From: Podarcis muralis
Taxonomy: Eukaryota
Direction of reading: 5' to 3'
Assembly (NCBI RefSeq): GCF_964188315.1
Contig: NC_135662.1
Coordinates: 57,784,001-57,848,000 of the forward strand
Length of the DNA: 64,000 bases
A program made the translations under genes and the position numbers. Positions 12,401 through 23,903 of the stretch are shown here, piece by piece (position 1 is the first letter of the stretch; each line of letters opens with the position of its first letter). The notes below the pieces were generated by a model. It was given only the letters and a program-made list of their open reading frames with translations, searched no databases and was not told the origin of the DNA.

Positions 12401-15400
12401 GCCCTATTTTCATCCCCTTTTTAGTCTATTTGACCCAACTAGTCCATTTTGTTCATATTTACCATATGTTACACAGTTTCAGCACAGCAACGCAAAAGGA
12501 AACCAGACAAATTCATAAAGGATAAAACCTGTCAATGGCTACTAGTCAAGTTGCATATATGTTACCCTCCAGATTCAGAGACAGAATACTTCTAAATACC
12601 AGTTGGAAAAGCCATTGCCTTCATGCAAGACTAGATAGATCTTGGGTCATATCCAGCAGAGCTCTTTCACCAAGACAATTCATGTTTACATATACCTTCC
12701 AGCTCAGCACTTATTAGAAGATTGTCACTGCTTTTTTTCTTAAGAAGCAACTTACCTTTTACTGTAAGATCGGAAGCCTGAACTCCTCTTACAGTTCTAT
12801 GTTCTGTTTCAACAGCAACTTCCGGTTTGGAAGCCTTTGAGGTAAGCTGATCACTCCAAAGTTTCCTCTTGATTGAAGATTTGGCCTGCTGAGAGTTTTA
12901 TTAGTTGAGAATTCCAAGCAGGCATGTCTTAACAAGCCATTCTACCCACCTACTCAGTTAACCGTAAAACTATATTCCCACTTGTCATCTGGAACAAAGT
13001 TTTAGGGATTCAATGACTGAAGATGGATCTTCAGGTGCATTCAACATAGCATTCAAACCCATTGGTACATGCAAGCCTATATACTGTGTAGACTAGCAAT
13101 CTAATTGTATATTATCAATGAAAATTAACAGAACAGGCAAATTTCAGCTTAACTGTCAGCTCACTTAAGCTTTCTAGCTTCCAAAAATATATTGCTAAGA
13201 TTGCATTCCAGCAGCAGTACATACCTCCTTTGCCCTTCCAACAAGACAACCTGTAATAGATGGCTGTATCATCTTAAGGGTCTGTCTTTGTGATGTGCAA
13301 CTTTTATTGCTTGTAGAACTATTGCTTGTAGAAGCCTGCTTTGAAAAGAACACATTCAATTGATCTACTTCACCTAGGATTGAAGGTTGTCAATTCAAAA
13401 TTTTCAAGAAAGCTTGTATTGACATTTAAGGGTTACATACATTTCAGTTACATGCAGTAAATCAGGTCATCTTTATACAGAAACTGGATCTCACATGATA
13501 TTAAACACAAGTTTTGCATCTTAAATACTGGCTTTTGAACTCTGTCTTAACTGCAGGCCTGAATTTCTGCTTAATCTCATTTAACCAATAAGGAGTATTG
13601 AGAGCACCTGAGACACACACATTTTTACATGACAAAAAAATTACTTGAGTGCACATTTCCTTTGATTTGTGCTGGGTGCCTAGTTGCTTTGCCTGAGACA
13701 TAACACACTGATCCAGCCAGGGTATTGTTTTGGAGGAACAGAATGTCTATCACCTTCCTTGTCATATGTAAATACCCATTTCCTGCGTTAGTTCTTTTTA
13801 AAAAAAAATATGTTACACTGCCACCATGAGATAGCAAACAATGGTAGATAATCAAACAAGGATAGCAGGAACATAATGTCATACTAGCGTGAGAAAGTTA
13901 GCGATTCACACTGTACTTCACATGGCAAGAGCTCACCTTTCCCACGGTAAAGTTGCTACTGCCAATTAGCTGTACTATTGAACTAAAAGGACAAGTGCCA
14001 GGTACTGTGGGAACCAGCACTGTGCTACACTTCAAATAATACTTACTGCTGTTGAAATAGCCAATGAATATTTCTGAGAACTGCAGCCTATCACTTGCTT
14101 GGATTAACCTATTACTTTTAATATTTTATGTTTAACGAGGTAGTGCCTTCTGAACAGCAAAACCAGATAGCAAGTACAAATTTAACTATGGAGGTTGGCA
14201 AAGTGGAGGGAGGGGGAGAGAAGTGAGCAGCAGGGTCAAGAACAGATGGGTGCGAAGCCAACATCCCAACAATCCCCTTTATCGCTACACAGTTTAGATT
14301 CTCTCTTCAGTTTCCTTTATTCTACCAAAATGAGTAGCATCACTCTTCGGTAAGAATCCACAAATTAGCTTGCTGTGGAAACCATGATGAGTATTCCTCC
14401 CACTTTAGCAATTACGACCTTAAGTGCAGCAGAACATGCCTCCCTGGGCCAAAATATGATCCAAACACCTTTATAGTGAAGGGTGACAAGGACAAGCTAG
14501 AAGATGGGTGCAAGGTAGGCGATTTACACCTACATTGTGCTTTAAAGATGCTACAAACACCTCCTTAGCCTCCTATGAGAGAATAGGTTTCATCTCTGAC
14601 ATGCCAATCTGTCTTGTATCAAGCTACACCCCGTGTCTAGACTGACTAGCAGCACCTCCACACCATTTCAAACAGCAAGCTTTTCCAGCCCTACCTGGAA
14701 TCAAGTCTGGGACCTTCTGCATGCAAATCTTACGATTTACCACACAGCTATAGCCCCTCCAAGCATGTGAAGGGGATGAGCAAATCAACCACCATGGTGT
14801 GTTGCAACTTTGTACTAGTTACAAGGAACATAGGAGCGTCTCCACCCCAATCGTTCTACCCGGACACTGAGGTCCAGCACCAAGGGCCTTCTGGCAGTTT
14901 CTCACTGCGAGAAGCCAAGTTACAGGGAACCAGGCAGAGGGCCTTCTCGGTAGTGGCGCCTTCCCTGTGGAACGCCCTCCCACCAGATGTCAAAGAGAAC
15001 AACAAATACCAAACTTTTAGAAGACATCTGAAGGCAGCCCTGTTTAAGGAAGCTTTTAATGTTGTAGTATATAACATTATAGTATTTTACTATAGTATTT
15101 ATAGTAATGTTATAGTATATAATATTATAGTATTTTAATATTTTTTTGGAAGCCGCCCAGAATTAGGGGACGCGGGTGGCGCTGTGGGTAAAAGCCTCAG
15201 CGCCTAGGGCTTGCCGATCGAAAGGTCAGCGGTTCGAATCCCCGCAGCGGGATGCGCTCCCGTTGCTCGGTCCCAGCGCCTGTCAACCTAGCAGTTCGAA
15301 AGCACCCCCGGGTGCAAGTAGATAAATAGGGACCACTTACTGGCGGGAAGGTAAACGGCGTTACCGTGTGCTGCGCTGGCTCGCCAGATGCAGCTTTGTC

Positions 15401-17151
15401 ACGCTGGCCATGTGACCTGGAAGTGTCTCCGGACAGCGCTGGCTCCCGGCCTCTTAAGTGAGATGGGCGCACAACCCTAGAGTCTGTCAAGACTGGCCTG
15501 TACAGGCAGGGGTACCTTTACCTTTACCAGAATTATTATTATTATTATTGGGAATGGGTCCTCTTTGTTGGCTTGGCTGCCAAGCAATATGCCTTGTAGA
15601 ACTGAAAGCACAGAACATCCATCACTCAAAGGGCATAGGATCTTTGCACACAACTATGAGCAGATCACATTTTAAGACACTACGACAGAGGTTTTCAAGC
15701 TTTTTGAGTCCACGGCTCCCTTGACCAAACTCATTCTTTCTCCCTTGACCAAATACATTCTTTCTGTGGCACCCTTGTGGGGCTCAGGAGCCTAGTTACA
15801 TCATCCCTTGCCTGCAGAGCTGGCAGCCTCTCATGCTTTCTCAAACACCCTCCCTTGTGGAATGCTCCCTCAGCCTCCTCTCCTCTCTCATTGGGAGTCC
15901 TCTGGGCAGCTTCTGCCACTGCTCCTAGCCATTAGCCTGGGGAGCTTGTAGCCAGGGTTGCTGCAACAAACAGCTGTGCAAGCCTTTAGGAGGCAGAGAT
16001 GTGAGGGCATCAGAGAAGGAGGGGAGGGGAAGAGGGACAGAGGCCAGTGTTGCTTGTGGCACCCTTGACCATCATTTAAGGCAACCAACGGTGCCACAGC
16101 ACATTGATTGAAAATCACTGCTCTAGGGAAAGACAAACATAATGTCTGTACACGTTTAAGTACTGGCCAAGACATATTATCCAAAACATCTGAATAGCAC
16201 CTAATTATTATTAACAGGTGCTTCCTCCCTTACCGTATTTTCATACCTTTCACTCTCCAATTAAACAAAAACAGTATTATGAATGCAACATTTTATAGCT
16301 TCTGCCATAGAATCCTTCAAATCCCTTGGCAAGGCTACCACCATTACTGTACAGTGGTACATTGGTTTAAGAACAGTCCGGTTTAAGAATGATTCGGTCT
16401 ACAAGCTCTGCAAAACCGGACATAGTGTCCCGGTTTGAGAACTTTACCTCGGTCTAAGAACGGAATCCGAATGGTGAAAGGGCACCGCCGGCGGGAGGCC
16501 TCATTAGGGAAAGCACGCCTCTGTTTAAGAATGGACTTCCGGAACAGATTAAGTTCATAAACCGAGGTACACTGTACATCAAACTTCCTTGTTATAACTC
16601 AATTAGGTTCAGTCTCATATGTAAAACACAAATCCTGGTGACAATAAGCAAGGCAGTAGCATAGACTGTAGTGCTGCAGAGGTATCTGTGGTTGGTTCTA
16701 GACCAGGCTTCCTCAACCTCAGCCCTCCAGATGTTTTTGGCCTACAATTCCCATGATCCCTAGCTAGCAGGACCAGTGGTCAGGGATGATGGGAATTGTA
16801 GTCTCAAAACATCTGGAGGGCCGAGGTTGGGGAAGCCTGTTCTTGGCAATATTTGATCAATACAGTTCTGAAGACAATTTTGAATACATATTGCAAGTAA
16901 CATATGATAAGGGCTCCTATGCTGTAGGAATCATGTGATTAGTTTGAAGCCAGTTATGCACTAAACCTATTGAACAGATCTTCAGTCTTGGTCTATTTAT
17001 AAAAAGAAGTACAAGCTTAGTATCTATGAACTCTATGAAAATAGCGCTGTATACACATCACCTCTTGCCATTACACCTTGGCAAGTATCAATATTACCTT
17101 TGTAGCAAGGGGCTTCTCAACATCCAGTTTCTGTTTCATCCTAGAATTCAT
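9497..17151 (-). CDS. GMNN: Geminin, about 224 aa
   Basis: complement(join(9497..9676,10990..11100,11180..11262,12756..12888,13225..13338,17098..17151)). MNSRMKQK start, D-box [12 protein letters not shown] basic patch, coiled coil [40 protein letters not shown], acidic tail. The ATG exon acceptor is at 17171-17172. Confidence 0.96.
10528..10779. mobile_element. Non-autonomous hAT (Charlie-type) element
   Basis: Ends CAGG...GGGGGCCGGATGCGGCCC and AAAGGTTGCTGACCCCTG; degenerate 8-bp TSD (CTTTAGAT/CACAAGAT); in the last GMNN intron. Confidence 0.7.
11695..11810 (+). mobile_element. Fragment of squamate tRNA-derived SINE (Squam2-like)
   Basis: CTCCAGGTAGGGC..CTGCCAGTCAG..GATGGACCAATGGCCTGACTCAG..GCAGCTTCCTATG; related copies at 14640, 25845 and 53480. 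Confidence 0.55.
14640..14760 (-). mobile_element. Squam2-like SINE 5' part
   Basis: Reverse complement reads GGGGCTATAGCT..TTTGCATGCAGAAGGTCCCAG.. tRNA-like head followed by CCAGGTAGGGCTGG. Confidence 0.55.
14837..15160 (+). mobile_element. L2 LINE 3' fragment
   Basis: Translation [42 protein letters not shown]; AT-rich internal duplication in the 3' UTR. Confidence 0.8.
15166..15526 (+). mobile_element. Sauria SINE (Squam1), full length
   Basis: GGGGACGCGGGTGGCGCTGTGG head, GTTCGAATCC B-box, (ACCTTT)n tail, 9-bp TSD CCAGAATTA at 15157-15165 and 15527-15535. Confidence 0.88.
15686..16120. mobile_element. hAT-type MITE
   Basis: TIR-like CAGAGGTTTTCAA / TTGAAAATCACTG; degenerate 8-bp TSD. 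Confidence 0.6.
16352..16574. mobile_element. Tigger-like MITE
   Basis: TA-CAGTGGTAC...GAGGTAC-ACTG-TA with repeated GGTTTAAGAAC motifs. Confidence 0.75.
16704..16839. mobile_element. Palindromic hAT (Charlie-type) MITE, 136 bp
   Basis: TIR CAGGCTTCCTCAACCT / AGGTTGGGGAAGCCTG; the whole element is a long inverted repeat; TSD TTCTAGAC/TTCTTGGC. Confidence 0.8.
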
Positions 17152-19269
17152 TGTCTGCTTTCAAGTAGTCCTATATGGGCATAAAATGTACAAGCAGCAC
17201 ATTAAAGTAAGCAGGGATGTCCAGTACAGCCACAAATCAAAAGAGTTCATACCTTAGGTCTGGATGGTTCTCTCCCAATTCCTGAAAGCAGTTTCAAACC
17301 TCCGTTTAACTCTGGGTTTAAAAGCCATAAAGCAAACTGAGCTTACAATCATCTGCATAGCCCTCAGAGTTATGGTTCACTAACAGCAGTTTTCATCTAC
17401 CAAGCGAATATCAGAAGAGATATTTTTTTCCTAACTTTGAAGTTCACCTTAACACCTTATAACTTCCAGTCATAATAGCAGGACCAGCAATTTCAATATC
17501 ACAAGCGGCTACTCCATATGACTAAACTGAGGCATGGGAGAAAAGGAAAGCAGGGACACCATATTTCCATTCCAGCTGATTGTTATAATGCTAGAATGAT
17601 TAATCTGAGCTAAGAAATGTGTCCTTATGATAGCCCTGTGATGCCTCAGCTTTACATGGCAAAGGTTTTATTGGTTATATTTTGAAAAATGCACATACAT
17701 AAATCTCACAGTTTAGCCGACCACATTTCTGAGTCGGAAGGCAATGAGTATTAAGACTCTTTTGTGTTACAGCATAACCCTGAGCCTGTATTATCACCAA
17801 CTGGGACCATCTTTTTTACAATGTCAAAATAGCAAACTTGTATATGGAAGTAATGTGTTAAACATGGGCAAAGTGCTAGAACTGTCCTATGGAAAGGACC
17901 TCTAAACATTCCATAAGTAGCAAAGCTGGTCCATTATTCAAAGATCTTATGTTCTAACTACAGTGATTTTACGTGTCTCCATTTCGTTTAGCATTTCAAT
18001 GTTCCAAAGCACTAAAGACAAATTGCAATTGTGATTACAGAGTTTTATTCCTATGCTATCCTCTTCCACTTTATTTACCACTACTGGTTTCATATGCTCA
18101 ATCTCCACTGCACCTGCAGGTATAAGGCGGCAAACTAACAGTAAAGGATGGTTAAAACATAGCAAGTAATAGTTTATCTTCAATAAATGCTCTCAAATGT
18201 GCAGCTTAAATGTTATTTTACCCTCTAAAAGAGAGAAGGCAATAGACAATTCTGACCTGGCCACAACCTAATTCAACTTTTAATATTGCAGTTAAATCCC
18301 TGAAGAGCCTTGAAAGCTGTAAAAGGTACCCCTCTTGCATTATATGCAAGAATAAAGGCAATTTCTAATCACACCCAAACAGCACATATTCCTTCCTTCT
18401 GAAGCTAATATAGTGGTAATTCCGTTTACAAACTTAATCCATTCCTGAAGTCCGTTCTTAAACCGAATCTGTTCTTAAACATTTATCAGTAGTTTATGTG
18501 GCTGTCAGTTTGTGAAAATATCCAGAGCACTTGAACAGCTGGAATATGGGTTTTTTAAGTGAGGGCTAGGTAAGTGCTGCATTTGGTACCAAGACCACTA
18601 TTCTTATAATAGGAAATAACTCAGGAAAGAGTTAAAGCAGCCCACATACAGTTAAGCATCTGTAGCTTTCCCCTCAGACATGGCAAGCCTGCAATATCAT
18701 ATGCAGCTGTAGATCTTTTTATAAAATAATCAAGTAGTCCTTGCCAAACCCATGAAAAGATAACCTGTGTGCTTCTCGCAACCACACCAGATTCCTTTCA
18801 GCAGGAGCTCGGCCTGTTCTGAAGGGTAGCTTCAAAAAGGAAATGTGCATGTTCACTCTGTATATGTCAATGAATACTGAGGGCCTCTGGCTGTGCTCCC
18901 TCGCCAAAAAGCAAGGAAAAGGTCTTCCACGTGGAAGGGCGCAAACTTCCAAACTGCCCCCAAAGTTGCATTGCTGAGCTTGGGGTCCTTTCTCGTTTCA
19001 AACAAGTATGTGGGGAAACTCCTTCACGTGTCGAGTTGGGTCAAAGATGCAGGCGAGGTTCTCAAACGATAATAACCAAGCACAAGCCACAGCACCACGA
19101 GCACTAGCCCCTCTTTGAAGAACGGGGCGGGGGAAGCCAGAAGAGAGGCGCCTTCCCTGCTTTAGAAATGGCTGACATCACCATATACTTAAAGCACCTT
19201 CACTCCATCGTCACCACAACCGGGGAACTGTAGTTCAACCCCCGAGCTACAACTCCCACCACCCTTCAC

Positions 19270-19700
19270 GAGCTACAGTTCCCAGCGTCGGTGGAGGGGT
19301 GCGTGTGTGTGGCCCCTCAGGATAACGACCCTCTCGCCCCTGAACTCACCCGCCTCGATGCTCGCTCAGCTGCCCGCGCGACCAAGACTCCCGGCGGCCA
19401 CCGCTGCCCGCCTTTTTTTTCCTCGCACGTTAATCCCGCGCGGTCGCTTGAACAAGGAAAAGCCTTTCTCTCTTGCGCGCGCGCAGCCGTAAAAATACAT
19501 CGCGGCGTCGGGTGGGCGGGCGAGCGTCGTTGCGTCAGGCGGGCTCTCCGCCTGTTCCCTGTCCTCCGGCGAACAGTTTCTAGCCAATCACGTTCGGGGG
19601 GTTGGGGAAAGCCGTAACCAATGGTTGTTTCCGGCGTTTCCTTTGAGCCGGCCCCACCACCCGCGCGCGTTAGCAGCATAACAAGCTGTTGGGAGGAGCT
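19270..19700 (-). promoter_or_regulatory. GMNN: GMNN CpG-island promoter and non-coding first exon
   Basis: CpG-dense; minus-strand donor G|GTGAGT after 19350; CCAAT boxes at 19584-19588 and 19618-19622. Confidence 0.75.
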
Positions 19701-20519
19701 TTGTTGGTTGGGAGTTGTTGTTTTTAAAGGGGGGGGGGGCAGTTGGAGGCTGTCTAAGGCGGAGCAAAGGAGAGCGTCGCTTGTAGCCACAAACCTAAAC
19801 TGAGTGCTGAGTTCAGTGGGGCTTACTCCTGAGTAAAGGGAGTTTTCATGCTTACCTGAAAGCCCCATTGAGCTGACTGCAATCCTGTGCATAACTGCTC
19901 AGAAGTAAGTGGCAGTGGATTGCAGTTAGTCCTCAGTCATTTCAGCAGGGCTTGCTCCCAAGTAAATGCATCAGAATAATAGAGCTTTTCTTTTAAATGT
20001 TTACAAACTCAGAAGAAAATCACGTTTTTGTATGAACCGAGTGAGGAAGAGCATGAGCTCCTATATCTATGCTGCGTTTCTTTTCTTGTTGACACACTGC
20101 TTCCCCATCACAGCTACACAAATCCCGGATCCCTGAATTGTTTTCTATGGGAGCAGGCATTTCATCAGGAAAGATGAGTAAAAAAATAAAAACGAAAACC
20201 AAACTAAAAGCCCAACCTTTTTGGACCAGTGGGCCCATTTTGAATTTGAGAAAGTCATGTGGGCGTCATTCACAAAATGGCTGTTATAGGGAATCTTGGC
20301 ATAACATCACATGGCTGCTGTGGGGTGCCTGGCATAACACAAAATCAATGCACAATCATCACCACCACCCTGACAACCTCACACTTACCACATGTACTAA
20401 ATATTGCAGAATAGTTTAGGGGGGGAGAGGGCATAGCCTGGAGAAAGACCTGATGGCCAGATAGACAAGTCATTTGCCAAAGGGAAGAAAAGGTGGCAAG
20501 CACTCTATTTCACCTCTAT

Positions 20520-21000
20520 GGGTCTCCAGCAAGGACTGGGTCCTGTAGCGTATTTTGGCGGCAAAAAATCAAATAGAGGAACTTAGCTATTGTCTTCGTG
20601 AGCTCCTGATCTCTCCCCTGTAATAGGAAGCGTATGACCTCTCTCCCTGGTTTCCATATTGGGGTACATAGATGGTCTAAAAATTGTTGGCGGAGATCAT
20701 CATACATTTTACATAAAAGGGCCATGTGAGCTAGAGTTTACACCAGGTGGGCATCACATGGGCAGATCCTATCTCCTTTTGCCACACCCGCAAACCTACC
20801 CCAAAGAAGGTTAGAAGGATTAGAATTGAACCTAGCCAGTAAAAAAGCCCTTCTTTCTTGTGGGTTAAACAAAAATTGTAGATAATTTGGGTTAAAAAGA
20901 ACAGTAAGGAAAGTGTCTGGGGAATGCACTGGAAAGTGTGGGGGTACACTTGTTTCGATGTGACTGAAACCTCCCTGCAAACAAATCAGGACAGGACAAA
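20520..21000 (-). mobile_element. Degraded non-LTR retrotransposon ORF2 C-terminus (RTE-X-like zinc knuckle)
   Basis: Joined minus frames read RRAFLLARFNSNPSNLLWGRF..RICPC..*TLAHMALLCKMYDDLRQQFL..FLL..TIAKFL, a C-x-C...H-x4-C motif with an in-frame stop. Confidence 0.6.
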
Positions 21001-21957
21001 CAATAAATAGGTCAGCTGAGATCTTTTCACAAATATTTGGAAACCACAGATGTATTGCTTGTGTGAGTTCCACAACCACTTAGTTAAAATTTGTAGATTG
21101 GAAATAAGCAATATGATAACTTTAATGTTAGAAGCCTGAATTTCTGTTTATTTTCCCTTTACTTTGCCTCTGGCTGTGGATGTGTGCTGGCCAGGTGTTC
21201 CTAATAATGGAACCACTCCTTCTTTACCTGATGAAAAGGTTTCCTATTGTGCACCATTATGATTCAATCAGTGTTCTTAATTTCCTCAGCTTGGAGGGAT
21301 TTGTAAAGAATCCCTCATTACAGAACTGAAAGAATTTCCCTTCAATCATTTTAGACGAGAGGCTCATTTGTGGGAACTGCCATATATAATTAATCCTAGA
21401 TATCCAAAAGAAAGGTTTCGGGTTACATCACTTTATTTCAGCCTGCTGAGCACAAAGGTCTGGCACATATAAAAACATGTTGTGACATCTGCATTCATTT
21501 AAACATTTTGCCAATCTCAATATTTCTTTTCTCTACTGCTGCGTATCAGAATGGGTTCAGTTTATCTGTTTCAAAACAAATTAATACTTCTGATGTTATG
21601 ACCGTTTGCACTTCAATAGGCTCTTGAACAAACAGTGAGGTTTCCCACTGAGGTCAGCCAATTTGTTTTGCATGAGAAGGCAACATTAAAAAAAAAATGC
21701 AGAGTTATGGAAAGCAAAATGCCCTCTTCTTTTTTTTTACCAGAACATAAGAACAGAATCACTTGATTAGAGTAATAGATAGTAGTGACACTTCCATAAC
21801 CATACAGTGTTCCCCCATCCTGGGATTATAGCCAATATCTAGGACAAAGTTTCAGAATTGAATATAGGAAGTTTTGTTGTATTTCCAACCAGGCTTTATC
21901 GTTTGAAAATTGATGTTATCCAGTGGGCAGAGTATTGCTTGATCCTAGGAGACAAGT

Positions 21958-22092
21958 CAGTGCTATTTTTCTAGAAAAAGAGGTGCCGGAACTCACAACG
22001 AACATCTCCATCATTCTTTTAGAATGGCAATGGTGCTCACCTGAGAGGTGCTAGTACTGAGTTCCAGCAAGTTCCGGCTGAAAAAAGCCCTG
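21958..22092. mobile_element. Short hAT-type MITE
   Basis: TIR CAGTGCTATTTTTC / GAAAAAAGCCCTG; partial 8-bp TSD (AGACAAGT/GTTCAAGT). Confidence 0.55.
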
Positions 22093-23039
22093 GTTCAAGT
22101 AGTACCATGACTGCAATGGACTATATGCCATTGACCGTGGGGTTTCTGGCAATAAGTGTTTTTTTTTTTTGTGTGTTTTTTTTGTGACATGCAGGCCTGG
22201 CACCAGCACGCAGCCAACTGCTGAGGTTCAAGTGTAACTGCTGTTGCTGCAGGAGCAGCCAGCGAAGACTAGGAGTGGTATGGCACACCTGAACACCCTA
22301 GCGCTGTTGCTGTCTTCCTAATTGTGGTGGTCCTGCCCCCAATGTGGGTATGTCAGGGGCAGATCTAGCATTAATAAGGCAGTGCTGCTGGTGAATCTGG
22401 GCATATGGCCCAGATCAGTGCTGCTGCCAGGCAAACTGTCTGCAGCAAAAATTGGAGGGACACAGCAGCCTCACTGAGTGGCTCTCCAGGTTGCATGCCT
22501 GAACTTGGTGGTAACTGTCAACATAATGCCAACTCTGATGTAGCTGTAAATAAAAATGCAGCCCGGAGTTCTGTTCAGCATTGCCATTGCTACCACCATG
22601 GGTGGGCAGGCATGTAGCCCCTCTGAAACCAAATCAGGGAAACCAGGTCCACTGAGTGCTGAGGGGGGCACCTTGCCCCGGCCCTCCAAAACCTGTAGCT
22701 GAGTGTGATAATATGGATACTTGTCAGCTTTAGGTTGCAGGGCAAAGTGCCCACTTGCCACAGGACAGCATGCCATCACAAGCGGAGCATGGTGTGCATT
22801 TAGCCCTCAGCATCTTAGTACTCCAACCCTTTGTAAGATTTCTTACCCAGCCTTCACCATGTCCCAGGACAGGTTACAAGTATATAATAATATACAGTTA
22901 TAAAAACAAAACCATTGTAATGATAAAAAAAAACTACAGTAGTGAAGCTGTTCCAAATGGAATAAAACAGTACACATTCAGCAAAAGAGGCAAGTCCCAC
23001 AAAATATAGCTTAAGTGTCAAAGGCCAGGATGAATTGGT

Positions 23040-23430
23040 GTGTCTACAGCATGCGACAAAAGTTGTACAATGAAGATACTAGACACACCTCTGTGGGAAA
23101 TTCCAGTTTAGAGGCTGCCACAGAGAAAGCCCTCTCCTGTGTTAGCAGAGGCACTTGAAACATGCAGAGACCAAGAAGAAAATCCTGGTAAATGTTTATT
23201 GAACACACTGAGCAAAATGGTATACAATTTAAGCTTTCTTTTTGACAGGCCTTCTTGAGAGCAGGGAGACATTTGTCTAGATATCCAGAAGAAAACTCCC
23301 TCACGGCTAGACAGCCTATCAAAGCAAGTGATACTTTACTGAGCATCTTTACTTCTGTAAAGATAATGCCACCTACCCTCTTGGGTAGTTGACAAACACG
23401 AAGAATAGAATTAACCCTTAAGTTACACGC
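23040..23430 (-). mobile_element. Old L2 fragment
   Basis: RAFSVAAS and upstream L2-like motifs, heavily frameshifted. Confidence 0.45.
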
Positions 23431-23607
23431 TGAATGATCTCTGCTGTTGCACTTCCAACATCTTATGCTGCTGTTCTCCACATTTCTGAGGGTGACAGAA
23501 CTACCATCATACAGCCCCTCTGCAGATCTTATAATGCAATAAGGTTTTTAGGTATGGAGGTTTCTGATATTTGTGGCCTAAATCAATTAGTTTTAAACGC
23601 TAGTTTA

Positions 23608-23845
23608 AAAGCCAGTGTGGTGTAGTGGTTAAGAGCGGTAGTCTCGTAATCTGGGGAACCGGGTTTGCGTCTCCGCTCCTCCACATGCAGCTGCTGGGTG
23701 ACCTTGGGCTAGTCACACTGCTTTGAAGTCTCTCAGCCCCACTCACCTCACAGATTGTTTGTTGTGAGGGAGGAAGGGAAAGGAGAATGTTAGCCGCTTT
23801 GAGACTCCTGAAGGGGAGTGAAAGGCGGGATATCAAATCCAAACT
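23608..23845 (+). mobile_element. Squam3-like tRNA-derived SINE
   Basis: GCCAGTGTGGTGTAGTGGTTAAGAG head (A-box), GGGTTTGCGTCTCC B-box-like, CAGCTGCTGGGTGACCTTGGGCTAGTCAC core; ends in a simple-repeat tail. Confidence 0.75.
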
Positions 23846-23903
23846 CTTCTTCTTCTTCTTCTTCTTCTTCTTCTTCTTCTTCTTCTTCTTCTTCTTCTTC
23901 TTC
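23846..23903 (+). repeat. (CTT)19 microsatellite (SINE tail)
   Basis: Direct reading. Confidence 0.95.

Noticed and set aside
19291-19892. Long overlapping ORFs at the GMNN promoter
   Set aside because: Expected from stop-codon scarcity in GC-rich DNA; no homology recognised.
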